A stretch of 64,000 nucleotides of DNA from Caldisericia bacterium. GTDB taxonomy: Bacteria; Caldisericota; Caldisericia; JAAYUI01. Positions within the stretch are counted from its first letter, which is position 1; each line of letters opens with the position of its first letter. Of the stretch, positions 1 through 10,506 are shown in pieces. Position numbers and translations under genes: made by a program. The notes beneath the pieces are model-generated. The model did not search any database. It saw only the letters and a list, made by a program, of their open reading frames with translations, and was not told where the DNA came from. The DNA lies in contig OY771555.1 in assembly GCA_963674785.1 (NCBI GenBank), positions 2,080,001 through 2,144,000 of the forward strand. The letters run 5' to 3'.

Positions 1-2196
1 TCCCCATGATGAACCGGCTTCAATGTAGTCACCAACCTTAAGGACACCACTTTGAATTACAACAGTAGCAAGCGGCCCAACAAATTTATCCATGTGTGAC
101 TCGATAACTGTACCCGCAAGTTTACCACTCTTATTCATTTTTAGTTCAAGAATATCAGTCTGAAGTGATACCATCTCAAGGAGTTCAGGGACACCTTCTC
201 CAGTTTTAGCTGAAATTGGTACAACAATTGTTGATCCACCCCAATCCTCTGGAATCAATTCGATCTCAGAGAGTTCGCTTTTGAGTTTGTCTATGTTTGC
301 ACCAGGAAGATCCATTTTGTTTGCCGCAACAACGATTGAAACCTTTGCAGCTTTAGCCATGTTTATGGCTTCCTTTGTTTGTTCCTTGATTCCTTCAGTT
401 GCAGCGACAACCAAGATGACTACATCTGTGACATTTGCACCTTCTTGCCTCATTGCTGAGAAGGCTTCATGACCAGGTGTATCAATGAAGACAACGCTTC
501 TGTCTCCAACTTTTACCTTGTATGCACCAATGCTCTGGGTAATACCACCTGCTTCACCCTCAGCGACTGACTCTTTCCTGATGAAGTCGAGAAGCGTTGT
601 TTTTCCATGGTCTACGTGTCCCATAACGGTGACAATTGGAGAACGTGGAATAAGATTTTCCTCGGATAATTTTCCCTCTTCTGAGGTTTCAAGCCCAAAT
701 TCCTTAGAAAGCACAGCCAAAACTTCTCCTTTTAACTCTTCATCTGGGTTTGGAATGATTCCATTTTTAATCATGAATGTCATGACTTTCTTTTCCGGAA
801 CACCAGCAGTTTTTGCAAACACATCAATGGTAAGCTTGACCGGCTTCTTCTCTATGACCACCTGAGTTTCAGTTTTTGTAGTCTTCTTCTTTTTTGTCTT
901 TTTCTTGATAATAAAGTGCTGTTTTCCAACTACATATGGTTCTGTCGAGATTCTTCCCTCTGTTGTGCCACCAATATCTCTATCACGTTTGAGTTTGTCT
1001 CTCTCCTTACCATAATCTTTCCTACGCTTACCGGTTGTTTGTGGAGGAGTGGCCGTTGGCGGAGGAGCAGATGGTGCGCCACCAGAGAAACGTTTTGCGG
1101 TCCCTTTACTTCTTGTAAATCCTGGTGGTGGTCTTAGAGGTTGCTTCATTTTTTCCAAACGTTCTTTTGGAATTGGTGGAAGCTTAACTGGACTAACTTT
1201 TTTAGGCTTTGAAACTTCAACCTTCACTGGCTCTGCAGTCTTTGGAAGTTTAGCGAGGACATCTGGATTTTCATGGATAACAGGTCTTCTTACTTCCTGT
1301 TTTTCGACAACCAATGGTTCAGTTACTTTTTGTTTTGTCTCTTCCTTGGTTGCATCCACAGCCTCAGGTTTCTTCTCAATCACGACCTTTTTAGGTTTTG
1401 CAACTTCCTTCTTTGGTTTTTCTTCTGCAACCTTAATCTTTTCAATTGCATCAGGTTTTATAGCATCAGCAACCTTTGTTGGTCGCTTTTTTGGTTTCGA
1501 TTTTTTGTCTTGCTCAGTCTTTTTTTCTGCCTTAACCTTAGATTCGGCCTCAATCTTTGCTTTTGCAGCTTCTTCGATTCTCTTTCTCTCTAAGGCCTCA
1601 GCCTCCGCTTTGGCTTTAGCTCTTTCCTCAGCTTCAGATGCTTCTTGTTCAGCTCTTTGTCTCTCTTCTTCCTCTTGGAGACGTTTTTTTTCTTCAGCTT
1701 CTGCCTTAAGTCTCTCTTCTTCTTCCTTCTTTAAGGCTTCAGCCTTTTCACGTTTTTTTCTGTCAAGTTCCTTTTGGAGCTCAGGAGGAAGAGGTCTCTT
1801 TTTGACAACCTTTTTCTTAAGCACAGGGGCAGGTTTTTTTCTTGGTAGAAGCGACTTTCTTGTCTGTTTTTTTGGTTCAGAATCAACCTCTACAGCCTTC
1901 AATGCTGCTTCAGCATCCTGTAACAAATCTTTCGTCACATCGTCATCGATATCTGGTTTAATATCGACAGGAAAAAGCTCTCTATCTGTTGATGTTTTTT
2001 TACTGGACTCAGACTTTTTAGTCTTCTTTGGTGCCTTAATAACCCCAACACTTGCCCTGATCTTAAAAGCAACACTGTCCTCAATTGAAGAGGTTGCATT
2101 TTTTGGTCTTGCTCCAAGTTCTTTTGCCTTGGAGATTATTGTTTCCTCATCAACTCCTAGTTGTTTAGCTAACTCATCTATTCTTATCCTTGACAT
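1..2196 (-). CDS. infB: Translation initiation factor IF-2 (partial, runs off the left edge; absent from the ORF track)
   Basis: Minus-strand reading from ATG 2196 gives [14 protein letters not shown]..., then a long Lys/Glu-rich region and the G-domain motifs [44 protein letters not shown]. Lies downstream of nusA-ylxR. Confidence 0.97.
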   Translation of the reverse strand, partial: MSRIRIDELAKQLGVDEETIISKAKELGARPKNATSSIEDSVAFKIRASVGVIKAPKKTKKSESSKKTSTDRELFPVDIKPDIDDDVTKDLLQDAEAALKAVEVDSEPKKQTRKSLLPRKKPAPVLKKKVVKKRPLPPELQKELDRKKREKAEALKKEEEERLKAEAEEKKRLQEEEERQRAEQEASEAEERAKAKAEAEALERKRIEEAAKAKIEAESKVKAEKKTEQDKKSKPKKRPTKVADAIKPDAIEKIKVAEEKPKKEVAKPKKVVIEKKPEAVDATKEETKQKVTEPLVVEKQEVRRPVIHENPDVLAKLPKTAEPVKVEVSKPKKVSPVKLPPIPKERLEKMKQPLRPPPGFTRSKGTAKRFSGGAPSAPPPTATPPQTTGKRRKDYGKERDKLKRDRDIGGTTEGRISTEPYVVGKQHFIIKKKTKKKKTTKTETQVVIEKKPVKLTIDVFAKTAGVPEKKVMTFMIKNGIIPNPDEELKGEVLAVLSKEFGLETSEEGKLSEENLIPRSPIVTVMGHVDHGKTTLLDFIRKESVAEGEAGGITQSIGAYKVKVGDRSVVFIDTPGHEAFSAMRQEGANVTDVVILVVAATEGIKEQTKEAINMAKAAKVSIVVAANKMDLPGANIDKLKSELSEIELIPEDWGGSTIVVPISAKTGEGVPELLEMVSLQTDILELKMNKSGKLAGTVIESHMDKFVGPLATVVIQSGVLKVGDYIEAGSSWG

Positions 2197-2473
2197 TCAT
2201 CACCTTAACCAGAGATCTCAATCCAAAAAGAGACTCTGCCAAATTATTACTTAACCTCATAAGTTCGATCTTATCAATCTTTTTTATCTTCAAAGATCTG
2301 GCAATCGAAGTTTTCCCGGTTGCCAACTTCAAAACACATGATTCATTTCTGCAAACATAAAATCCCCTGCCAATGTCCTTCATCTGATAATCAGGTTCAA
2401 AATTCGCAGAAATCCTTACCATCTCAATTCTTTCCTTCTTCTTGTTACAACAAACACACGTCCTCTCAGGCAT
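2174..2473 (-). CDS. ylxR: YlxR/DUF448 RNA-binding protein
   Basis: PERTCVCC...GRGFYVC motif; canonical position between nusA and infB. Confidence 0.9.
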   Translation of the reverse strand: MPERTCVCCNKKKERIEMVRISANFEPDYQMKDIGRGFYVCRNESCVLKLATGKTSIARSLKIKKIDKIELMRLSNNLAESLFGLRSLVKVMNVKDKNR

Positions 2474-3504
2474 TAATCCTCAAGCTCTTGCATATCAATC
2501 TTGAAGCCAGTCAACCTGGACGCCAATCTAACATTGGAACCTTTTTTCCCTATTGCAAGAGAAAACTGGTCGTGTTCAACTAAAACAATCGCCCGTTTAT
2601 CCTCGGGGACTATTTGAACCGAATATACTGTAGCTGGAGAGAGAGAAGATGCAATGAAAAGTCTGGGGTCTTCAAACCACCTGACAACATCTATCCTTTC
2701 ACCCTTCAACTCATCAGATACAACATTGATTCGAACACCTTTTGTTCCAATACAAGAACCGACAGGATCAACTCTCTCCTGTAACGACCTCACGGCGACC
2801 TTTGCTCTTAAACCAGGTTCTCTGACAACAGCAAGAATTTCGATTACACCTTGCTCTATTTCAGGGATTCCCTGTTCCATAAGTCTCTGCAAAAGACCAG
2901 GATGGGTTCTTGAAAGAATAATCAAAGGCTCTCTTGAGGATTTATCTAGCTTTAAAACAAAGAGATGGAATTTATTCCCAGGATAATATCTCTCTCCGGG
3001 GATCTGTTCAGTTTTTGGCAGTAAACCTTCAGACGACCCAACAGTGAAATACACGCCCTTAGAGCCAACTCGACTAACCTCACCGAAAACAATTTGTTTG
3101 ATTTTTGCATCAAACTCACTGATGATCCTCTGTTTTTTGGCTTCCTTGAGCCTCTGCATGATTATCTGCTTACACGTTGAGGCTGCAAATCTTCCGAAAG
3201 ATTCAGGGGTGACTTCAATATCTACTTCCTGACCAACCTCTACGTCTGGATACAGCTTTTTTGCTTTCCTGTACGTGACTTCAGTATGTGGATATTGAAC
3301 CGTTCTGACAACTTTTTTTGTAGCAATTACCCTGATCTTCTTCTCTTTATCATCAACATCGATTCGAAGATTCTTTGAATCACTCCATGTTTTTTTGTAT
3401 GCAGCCAATAATCCTTGTTTGATGGCATCTATAAGGACATCATAATCTATTTTTTTCTCTCTCGAGATATCAGAAATTGCTGAAAAAAGGTCTTCGAGTT
3501 TCAT
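2473..3504 (-). CDS. nusA: Transcription termination/antitermination factor NusA
   Basis: FGRFAA..KQ, LSRTHP, REPGLRAKVAV, DPVGSCIG and SLAIGKKGSNVRLASRLTG motifs. Confidence 0.97.
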   Translation of the reverse strand: MKLEDLFSAISDISREKKIDYDVLIDAIKQGLLAAYKKTWSDSKNLRIDVDDKEKKIRVIATKKVVRTVQYPHTEVTYRKAKKLYPDVEVGQEVDIEVTPESFGRFAASTCKQIIMQRLKEAKKQRIISEFDAKIKQIVFGEVSRVGSKGVYFTVGSSEGLLPKTEQIPGERYYPGNKFHLFVLKLDKSSREPLIILSRTHPGLLQRLMEQGIPEIEQGVIEILAVVREPGLRAKVAVRSLQERVDPVGSCIGTKGVRINVVSDELKGERIDVVRWFEDPRLFIASSLSPATVYSVQIVPEDKRAIVLVEHDQFSLAIGKKGSNVRLASRLTGFKIDMQELED

Positions 3505-3511
3505 GCTCCCC

Positions 3512-4039
3512 CTAACCTGCCAACCTTACACTTTTTATGAGTTCAAAATCAATTTCAACCATTTTACCAGAGTCATCAACTTTTAGTTTATTATTCTCAA
3601 TCCCAAGGTTTTTACAGATGAGAACTTCTTTGCCATCGACAAGCTGAGAAAAAGAAATCTGAATATCCAAACCACCAAATATCTCAAATTCCTTCTCGCT
3701 TTTCAAAACTCTATCGATCCCAGGAGATGAAAGGTCAAGGCGTAGAATTTCTGAAATTTTTGTCTTTATGAGGACTTCATCCTGTTCAACTTCACGCATA
3801 AAATCTTTAGAGATTCTCACAAGATCAGCAATATCAACACCATTCTGATTCCAAACAACCGCTTTTACTAGAATGTCATTACGTTTTGCAACATCGCATA
3901 TTTCCACCAAAGAAAATGAATGTCTCTCGATAACTTTGGTAACTAGAGCATAGACATAATTCCTGTTATCTAACCAAAGTGGTCTTTCAACAAAAACCAT
4001 TTCCTTCTCTTGTTTTTTTCTTATCTTATCTTTTTTCAT
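3512..4039 (-). CDS. rimP: Ribosome maturation factor RimP (start uncertain)
   Basis: LDLSSPGIDRVL motif; first gene of the rimP-nusA-infB operon. Confidence 0.85.
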   Translation of the reverse strand: MKKDKIRKKQEKEMVFVERPLWLDNRNYVYALVTKVIERHSFSLVEICDVAKRNDILVKAVVWNQNGVDIADLVRISKDFMREVEQDEVLIKTKISEILRLDLSSPGIDRVLKSEKEFEIFGGLDIQISFSQLVDGKEVLICKNLGIENNKLKVDDSGKMVEIDFELIKSVRLAG

Positions 4040-4110
4040 AATCAAAAAACCTGCAAAAGACAACACTCTGTCTATACCTGTAATTATCATTGCAGGACTC
4101 GCAGGAATTA

Positions 4111-4138
4111 ATCATAGTAGCAAATGGTGAATAATCAA
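4111..4138 (-). promoter_or_regulatory. Putative sigma70 promoter of the rimP operon
   Basis: TTGATT-N16-TATGAT on the minus strand. Confidence 0.5.
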
Positions 4139-4247
4139 GTCACAATGCTAATTCTTTTTAATTTTAATGAAAAAACTATCTATCTTTTTTCTTAAGTGCT
4201 GAATATCAAAACATAAAGAACTGAATATGAGCGATGAGGTTTTCCAC

Positions 4248-4275
4248 TTGAGAAAAAAACAATTCTGAATACAAT
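4248..4275 (+). promoter_or_regulatory. Putative sigma70 promoter of the kinase operon
   Basis: TTGAGA-N16-TACAAT. Confidence 0.5.
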
Positions 4276-4347
4276 ACTAATCGATTGATTCTACTATCCG
4301 CATGATGAAAGATTTATCCATGCATTGCTTAGGAAGGGGAGTTCGAA

Positions 4348-7300
4348 ATGGCTGAGAGCGGCGAGCTGAAAATTGGCGATTTGAGTGTTTCAGATATTCT
4401 TGGCATGGGGGGAGCAGGTATTTCCTACAGAGCAAGCAATAAGGATGGTGATCAAGTCTTTTTAAAGGTTTTAAAATGGGAATATTTAAGAAAAAATGAC
4501 GAATTAGAGCAGGAATATGCACTCCACCGTCTATCCGAGTTATCACATCCAGGACTTGCAAAAATATTTGATATTGGATACACAACTGCTGGAAAATTGT
4601 GGTACACAAGAGAGCTTTTTGATGATGAGTCAAAAAACCTCGCATCTTTCAAGCCAACTATACTTGAAATGGACGAAATTGGTGCAGGTTTATTGATTTT
4701 ACAAATACTTGATGCACTTGATTTTCTCCACAGAAATGGATTTGTACACGGAAATCTAAAAGAGAGCAACATCAAACTTGTCAAAGGCAATACTGACACT
4801 AATTTCTTATGGAACAGCAGCAAAAAATCAAAATCTCCTTTTACTGTGAAGCTTACTGATTTTTGTTTACTTGAACCATTCAATGAATCTAATTCTGATA
4901 TCCTGTTACCAACTTTCAAAACGAGAGCGATGATCTTCGGTCATTGGGTAAAATTCTTTACAAAACATACATAGACGATGATTCAAATGGTGACTACTCT
5001 GTCATCAAAATCAGAGATAAGGTTCCTGAACCACTTCAAGTCCTCATTTCAAGACTCCTTGGGATTTCAAGAGAATCTGCCTTTAATTCTTGCGCCGAAG
5101 CGATCTCAGCCATTAGCCACATTTCGCCACAAAGAGCAACTGAACTCAGTGAAGACAAGCTTCAAAAAAACATAAGATTATCTAAAGATATTGAAAGACA
5201 AAACTATCTTCTTGATATACTATCCGACACAGAACAGAGTAACGGCAAGTTCATCATCCTTGAGGGAGAAGACGGGTCTGGAAAAACAGTTTTGGTCAGA
5301 GAATTTGTTAAAACCGCCATGTCTGCAAAAAAACAGGTCTCTATCTTTACGTGTTCAAACCATCACAGACCAGCAGAAGGATTGGTTAGGTTGCTGGATG
5401 ATTTCCTTCACATATTAAGAGATAAAAACCCCGCAATTGTCAACCACTACGAGCAGGTATTTGCAAGAGTCAAAGGAGAAAGGATCCCCGAATCTGGGCT
5501 TCTTCTCGATAACCAGACAGAGCTTTTTGAAGGATTAATTAAGCTCCTCAAAGAGCTTTCTGAACTCAATCCCTTCTGCCTAATAATGGAGGATATCGAA
5601 CTCGCATCAGACTATCTTTTGAACTTCATCTCAATGTTACTCGCTGACCTCAATGATTCAAAAATCCTTTTGGTGGCAACAATAGCCCCATCAAGAATAA
5701 GAAGTCCTCAACAAAGTCTTTTCGATTCTATATGTTCATACGACTCTGTAAACAGGGTACAAATCCAACAACTAGACTACAAAAACACTATTGAACATAT
5801 GAGAAATCTCTTAACGGCTCCCGAGCTTCCAGAAGACATCTGTGCAAGATTTTATGAGTCAACTGGCGGAAATATCCTCAAACTAGACGAACTTGTAAAG
5901 ACCGCTATCGCAAAAGGTGTTCTAGTAATAGGAAATGATTCATATCATTTTGACATAAGAAAATTTTCTGATATCTCAGAAGACATCGAGATCAACCAAA
6001 TTGTTGGAAGGTTAATCTCGGGACTCCACTCAAGCGAACGGGCACTTTGTCAGTTCATATCAATGTTTGGTGGGAAAGCTCAATTGGATGCAATCGAGAC
6101 TTTCGCCAAAAAATCTGATTTGATGAGCTTCAGTAGTCGAAGAGATCTGGCAAACATTGTATGGAATCTCATTGCAAAAGGTGTACTAAGAAGAAGGTTC
6201 GAAGCTGGGGGATATCATCTATTTATCTCTCATAAACTCTTTGCTGATGGGATAATCTCATCTATTCCTATCGAGGAAAGGAAAAGGATTTACGATAATA
6301 TCGTAACTGCTCTCGCAGGTAGCGAGGGTGAGATGTATTTCCCAGAAAGAGATATCAGGATTTCACTTCTTGCACTCAAGGGGAGTAGCCCTGAAAACGC
6401 CATGAGATGGGCAGTTCGAGCTCAAGCAATGTGTGAAAGACAATACGCCCTAGACGAAAAGGTATTCTTCCTTACAAAACTAATACAAATGATCCCCGAG
6501 GAAGAAATCGAATACGCAAACAGTTGCCAGATAAAACTCGCGTTCACACATTTTAGAAGAAAAGAATTTGGGCTTGCCGGGAAAAAAATTGCGAGAGTAA
6601 AAGCAGAAAACCCAATCGATGATGCAATAGTATCGATAGTTGCGAGCAAAACTGAGGGGTTTGATTCATGGATGTATCTCGAAAAAGCGATAAAAAGTAT
6701 TAATCAACTCCAAGATGTTCAGTTAAGAAAAATGCTTATAAACACATACCTTGGAAAACTACAGATAATTGATCCTCGAAAGGCATCTGAGTTTGCAAAG
6801 AATTTCGCTCTTTCAAGTGATAGTTCGTTTGATAAGATCGCCTGCTTTCTTACACTCAGTAGGATATCTGCAGCAATCGCAGATTTTGAAATTGCAGTTG
6901 AGTATGCTGACAAAGCTCTCTCACAAACGAGCGGACTTGAATTTACCTCAGAAAGGATTTTTGTTTCAATCTGGAAGATAAAACTCGCACAAATGATGGG
7001 TGATCAGACAACTGCATCGAGGCTCATCAGAAGAATGAGTGGTTTACTTTCCGGAAATTGGAATCTCAATCTTAAATCTGAATATTATAGGATTGCTTCA
7101 AGGTTTTACATGGACGCAGATGATTCAGTTACAGCAATAAAATATCTTTCTGAATTGGTCTCGGTTGAATCGAAACTTCAAGAGAAAAAGCCCCTAGCAA
7201 GAGCCCTTCTTGAATACGGAATCGCACTTGAGCATCGCGGAAATGACGAAAAATCAAAGAAAATCCTCGAGAGAGCGAGAAGAATTGCTGAAGATGTTGA

Positions 7301-8606
7301 GGATAATTATACCCTGGCAAAATCTTTGATCATGATGGGTAACCACTACCTAGAATCAGAATTATTTGACCAGGCATTAGTCTCGCTTGAGAGAGCTAAT
7401 CGACTGCTAGGAAGTATCGATGATATTGAGGCAAGCGCACAAGTGGCAGAGAGCCTAGGAAAGATTTCCATAACAAAAGATAAGATTGACAAAGCCAAAG
7501 AGTACGCAACTGCACTTTCATCCCTAGCTGATACATCCGGTAACGAGATTCTTCATGCTAAATCCATGATTTTAAATGGGATGATTGCGGCAAAAATTGA
7601 GAAATGGGATAAGGCCGAAGACAACTACACATCCGCCCTCAGAATCTTTGAAAAAAAGAAATTGAAACGTTTAGCAAACACAATCAAAATAGACCTTGCC
7701 CAGCTTTTCATCAACCAAGAAGATTACTTCAGGGCGTTATCGAAGCTATCTGAAGCCGGAATGTTTTTTGGTGATGACGGTGGGGTAAAAGAGCTAAAAC
7801 GAATACAGAAGGCCGAACTCACAATCGACAGAGAGCTTGGAAAATATGGCGAAGACTACAGGAATCTTCGAATGCTACTCGAGATTTCAAGAGCTCTTGT
7901 TGAGGTTGAAAACCTAGACGAGCTCCTTCCAATGATTGTTGATATGGCACTCAGAGTCACTGGTGCTGAACGTGGATACATAATGCTTTTGACCAAATCA
8001 GGTAGTTTGGATTTCAGATATGGAAGAAATAAAAATAAGGAGAATTTGAATCCTGATGAGTTCGCATTCTCCTCATCGGTTACTGATTCTGTTCTTTCTC
8101 AAAAAAGATTGATTTCAATAACTGATACAGAGTCTGATGAAAAGTTTAAGGCAAGAGATTCAATTGTTGGACTGAGTTTAAGATCGATAATGGCTGCACC
8201 ACTTAAGTCGGGCGAAAATGTTATCGGTTTGATTTATGTTGATAGCCAGGTTCCAACATTCTATTTCTCAAAAAAGAATGGTGAATTTTTCGAAGCCCTT
8301 TGCTCACACGCATCAACTGCAATAACGTATGCAGAGTTAAAATCAAAGAATGGTCAATTTGACTCATTATTGGAAGAGAACAAAGCATTAAAAGATTTGA
8401 AAAAAATTCAAAAAGCATATATAAAAAGAAATATGGACATATTGCAAGACTCTGTTATAAGTCTCGATAAGAAGATAAACAGTTTAAGTTCAAGCATCGA
8501 AGGCAATGGGGAACTAAAAAAACGTTTCGATAGTATTACAAGTGATATTCACGAACTCGTAAATATAATTGACCAATTCGAAAAAGAAGTCCAAAATTAT
8601 AGCTAG
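4348..8606 (+). CDS. Pseudokinase + P-loop ATPase + TPR-like helical region + GAF protein; split by a -1 frameshift near 4899-4930 (ORFs 4348..4974 and 4944..8606)
   Basis: Kinase motifs LGMGGAG, VFLKVL, HGNLKESNI and DFC in frame 1. Subdomain IX-like DDLRSLGKILY appears in the -1 frame. Walker A GEDGSGKT, Walker B LIMEDI, and a GAF region (AERGYIML...LRSIMAAPL..IGLIYVDS) follow. Confidence 0.8.
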
Positions 8607-8627
8607 AACAATTGGAAGGTCTACAAG

Positions 8628-10484
8628 GTGATAGGTAAAACGATATCCAGCAGGTACAAGATATATGATAAGGTCGGAAGCGGTGGAATGGCTGAGGTTT
8701 TTCTGGCTCGCGACCTTAGCTCCGGAGAGATTGTTGCACTAAAAGTTTTACGCGAGCAGTTTACAGAAGGCGAAGACTACATAGAGCGCTTTGAAAGAGA
8801 AGCAAAATCAGCAACAAAGCTTAACCACCCCAATATTTGTCTGGCAAAGGACTATGGGCAGGAAGACGATACCTACTACATGGTCATGGAGTACATTGAG
8901 GGGAAAACCCTAACATCTGTCATCGAAGAGAAAGGTGCTCTTCCAATTCAGGAAGCCTCATCATATGTGATACAAATCGCAAAAGCTCTCGAACACGCAT
9001 ATTCAAACGGGCTTGTCGCCCATCGCGATATCAAGAGCCAAAACATCATGGTAACCGCATCTGGTCAGGTCAAAATAATGGATTTCGGAATTGCAAAATC
9101 AAGAGATTTTGCAACCATGACGAGCGCTGGTAGCTTTGTTGGAACACCCGAGTACATGTCACCAGAGCAAGCTCAGGGAGAAAAAGTCGACGGAAGATCA
9201 GATATTTACTCCCTAGGTGTTGTGTTCTACGAAGCACTAGCTGGAGAGGTACCATTTGAATCAGACACCCCTTGGGGTGTTCTGAATATGCACATAAATA
9301 AAGAGCCTTTTCCTTTAAACAATCTTAGAAAAGATATCCCAAAGGAATTGGTTGATGTCATAGTAAGGATGATGGCAAAAGATGTTGATGAGAGATTCCA
9401 GACACCAAAGGAATTGATCGCAACACTTGAAGCAGTTCTTGAATCCATCAAATTGCCCAAAGGAACGATGGTAAAAAAGAAAAAGATTCCAAGAAAGAAT
9501 CCAAAAAGGGCACGAAAAATCAAAAGAGCCTTTTTGATAATCTTTATTATCCTCCTTCTCGGTGGAGGTGGGTATTTTGCATATGATAGATTCATTGAAC
9601 CAAGGCTACCAAAACCAGCAAATGTGATACTCAAAGCAGAGCCAATCGGAGCCAGAATTGAACTAAAAGGACCCAATGATTCTGAATTCATTGAGGTTGG
9701 TATATCTGAACCAGATTTCACTCTTGAAAAATATGCCCCTGGCTCATATGAAGTCAGGATAAGTCATGATGGGTATGTTACACAAACGATTCCATTTGCA
9801 ATTGAGTCTGGAATTGACACAAACCTTGACAACATATCGTTAAAAAGACCTGGGAAACTCGAGACCGCTGTTTCTGAGGTAGACTGGGGAACAGTTGAAG
9901 AAATCCCATTACCAAAAAATATTGAGATAAAAAACTCAGGTGAATCACCTCTTGTTGTGAAGCGTTCAAAAAGCGGTGATTGGTTTACCGTGGAGGAATC
10001 AGATTTAAATATCTCACCGGGCAAATCAATAAGCTTCCCAATCTCTGTTAATTCTACAAATCTTGACCCTGGAGTTTACTCAGGGACTTTGACACTCACA
10101 CCAGAAAATTCAGATGCCCTAGCAATAAACGTAAAACTCGAGCTTGTTGAACCAAAGGTTGAAACCCCAATTTCCAATCCGACATCCACATCAAACAGCG
10201 GTGGTGGGAGCAGCAGCAATAGTGGAAGTGGGTCAAGTGGTGGTACATCGAAACCAATCCCAACTACTGGTACACTACAATTCACATGCAATGTTACTGG
10301 TGTTGCCTATAAAATTGATGGAAATCCAGCCGGAACTACATCCAATTCAAACACCGTCCCAAGCCTAAAACCCGGTACTCACGAAATTGAGATCAGGGAC
10401 AGAAAATATGAAACATATAAAGGAACATTCACAATAGTTGCAGGCAAAACCGAAACACTGAACATCAAATTGGAGTTGAAGTAA
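8628..10484 (+). CDS. Membrane Hanks-type Ser/Thr protein kinase with extracellular PEGA/Ig-like domains
   Basis: GSGGMAEV, VALK, HRDIKSQN, DFGIAK, GTPEYMSPEQ, DIYSLG; one TM helix; PEGA-like 'PGSYEVRISHDGY' and 'PGTHEIEI..KYETY'; Ser/Gly linker. Confidence 0.93.
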   Translation: MIGKTISSRYKIYDKVGSGGMAEVFLARDLSSGEIVALKVLREQFTEGEDYIERFEREAKSATKLNHPNICLAKDYGQEDDTYYMVMEYIEGKTLTSVIEEKGALPIQEASSYVIQIAKALEHAYSNGLVAHRDIKSQNIMVTASGQVKIMDFGIAKSRDFATMTSAGSFVGTPEYMSPEQAQGEKVDGRSDIYSLGVVFYEALAGEVPFESDTPWGVLNMHINKEPFPLNNLRKDIPKELVDVIVRMMAKDVDERFQTPKELIATLEAVLESIKLPKGTMVKKKKIPRKNPKRARKIKRAFLIIFIILLLGGGGYFAYDRFIEPRLPKPANVILKAEPIGARIELKGPNDSEFIEVGISEPDFTLEKYAPGSYEVRISHDGYVTQTIPFAIESGIDTNLDNISLKRPGKLETAVSEVDWGTVEEIPLPKNIEIKNSGESPLVVKRSKSGDWFTVEESDLNISPGKSISFPISVNSTNLDPGVYSGTLTLTPENSDALAINVKLELVEPKVETPISNPTSTSNSGGGSSSNSGSGSSGGTSKPIPTTGTLQFTCNVTGVAYKIDGNPAGTTSNSNTVPSLKPGTHEIEIRDRKYETYKGTFTIVAGKTETLNIKLELK

Positions 10485-10506
10485 AATTAGAAAAATAACC
10501 ATCCCA

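Noticed and set aside
281-2254. Plus-strand ORFs, including the 401-aa Ser/Phe-rich ORF
   Set aside because: They are antisense shadows of infB, which the track missed because it runs off the edge.
10185-10250. GGT/AGC-rich low-complexity stretch
   Set aside because: An ordinary Ser/Gly linker within the kinase.
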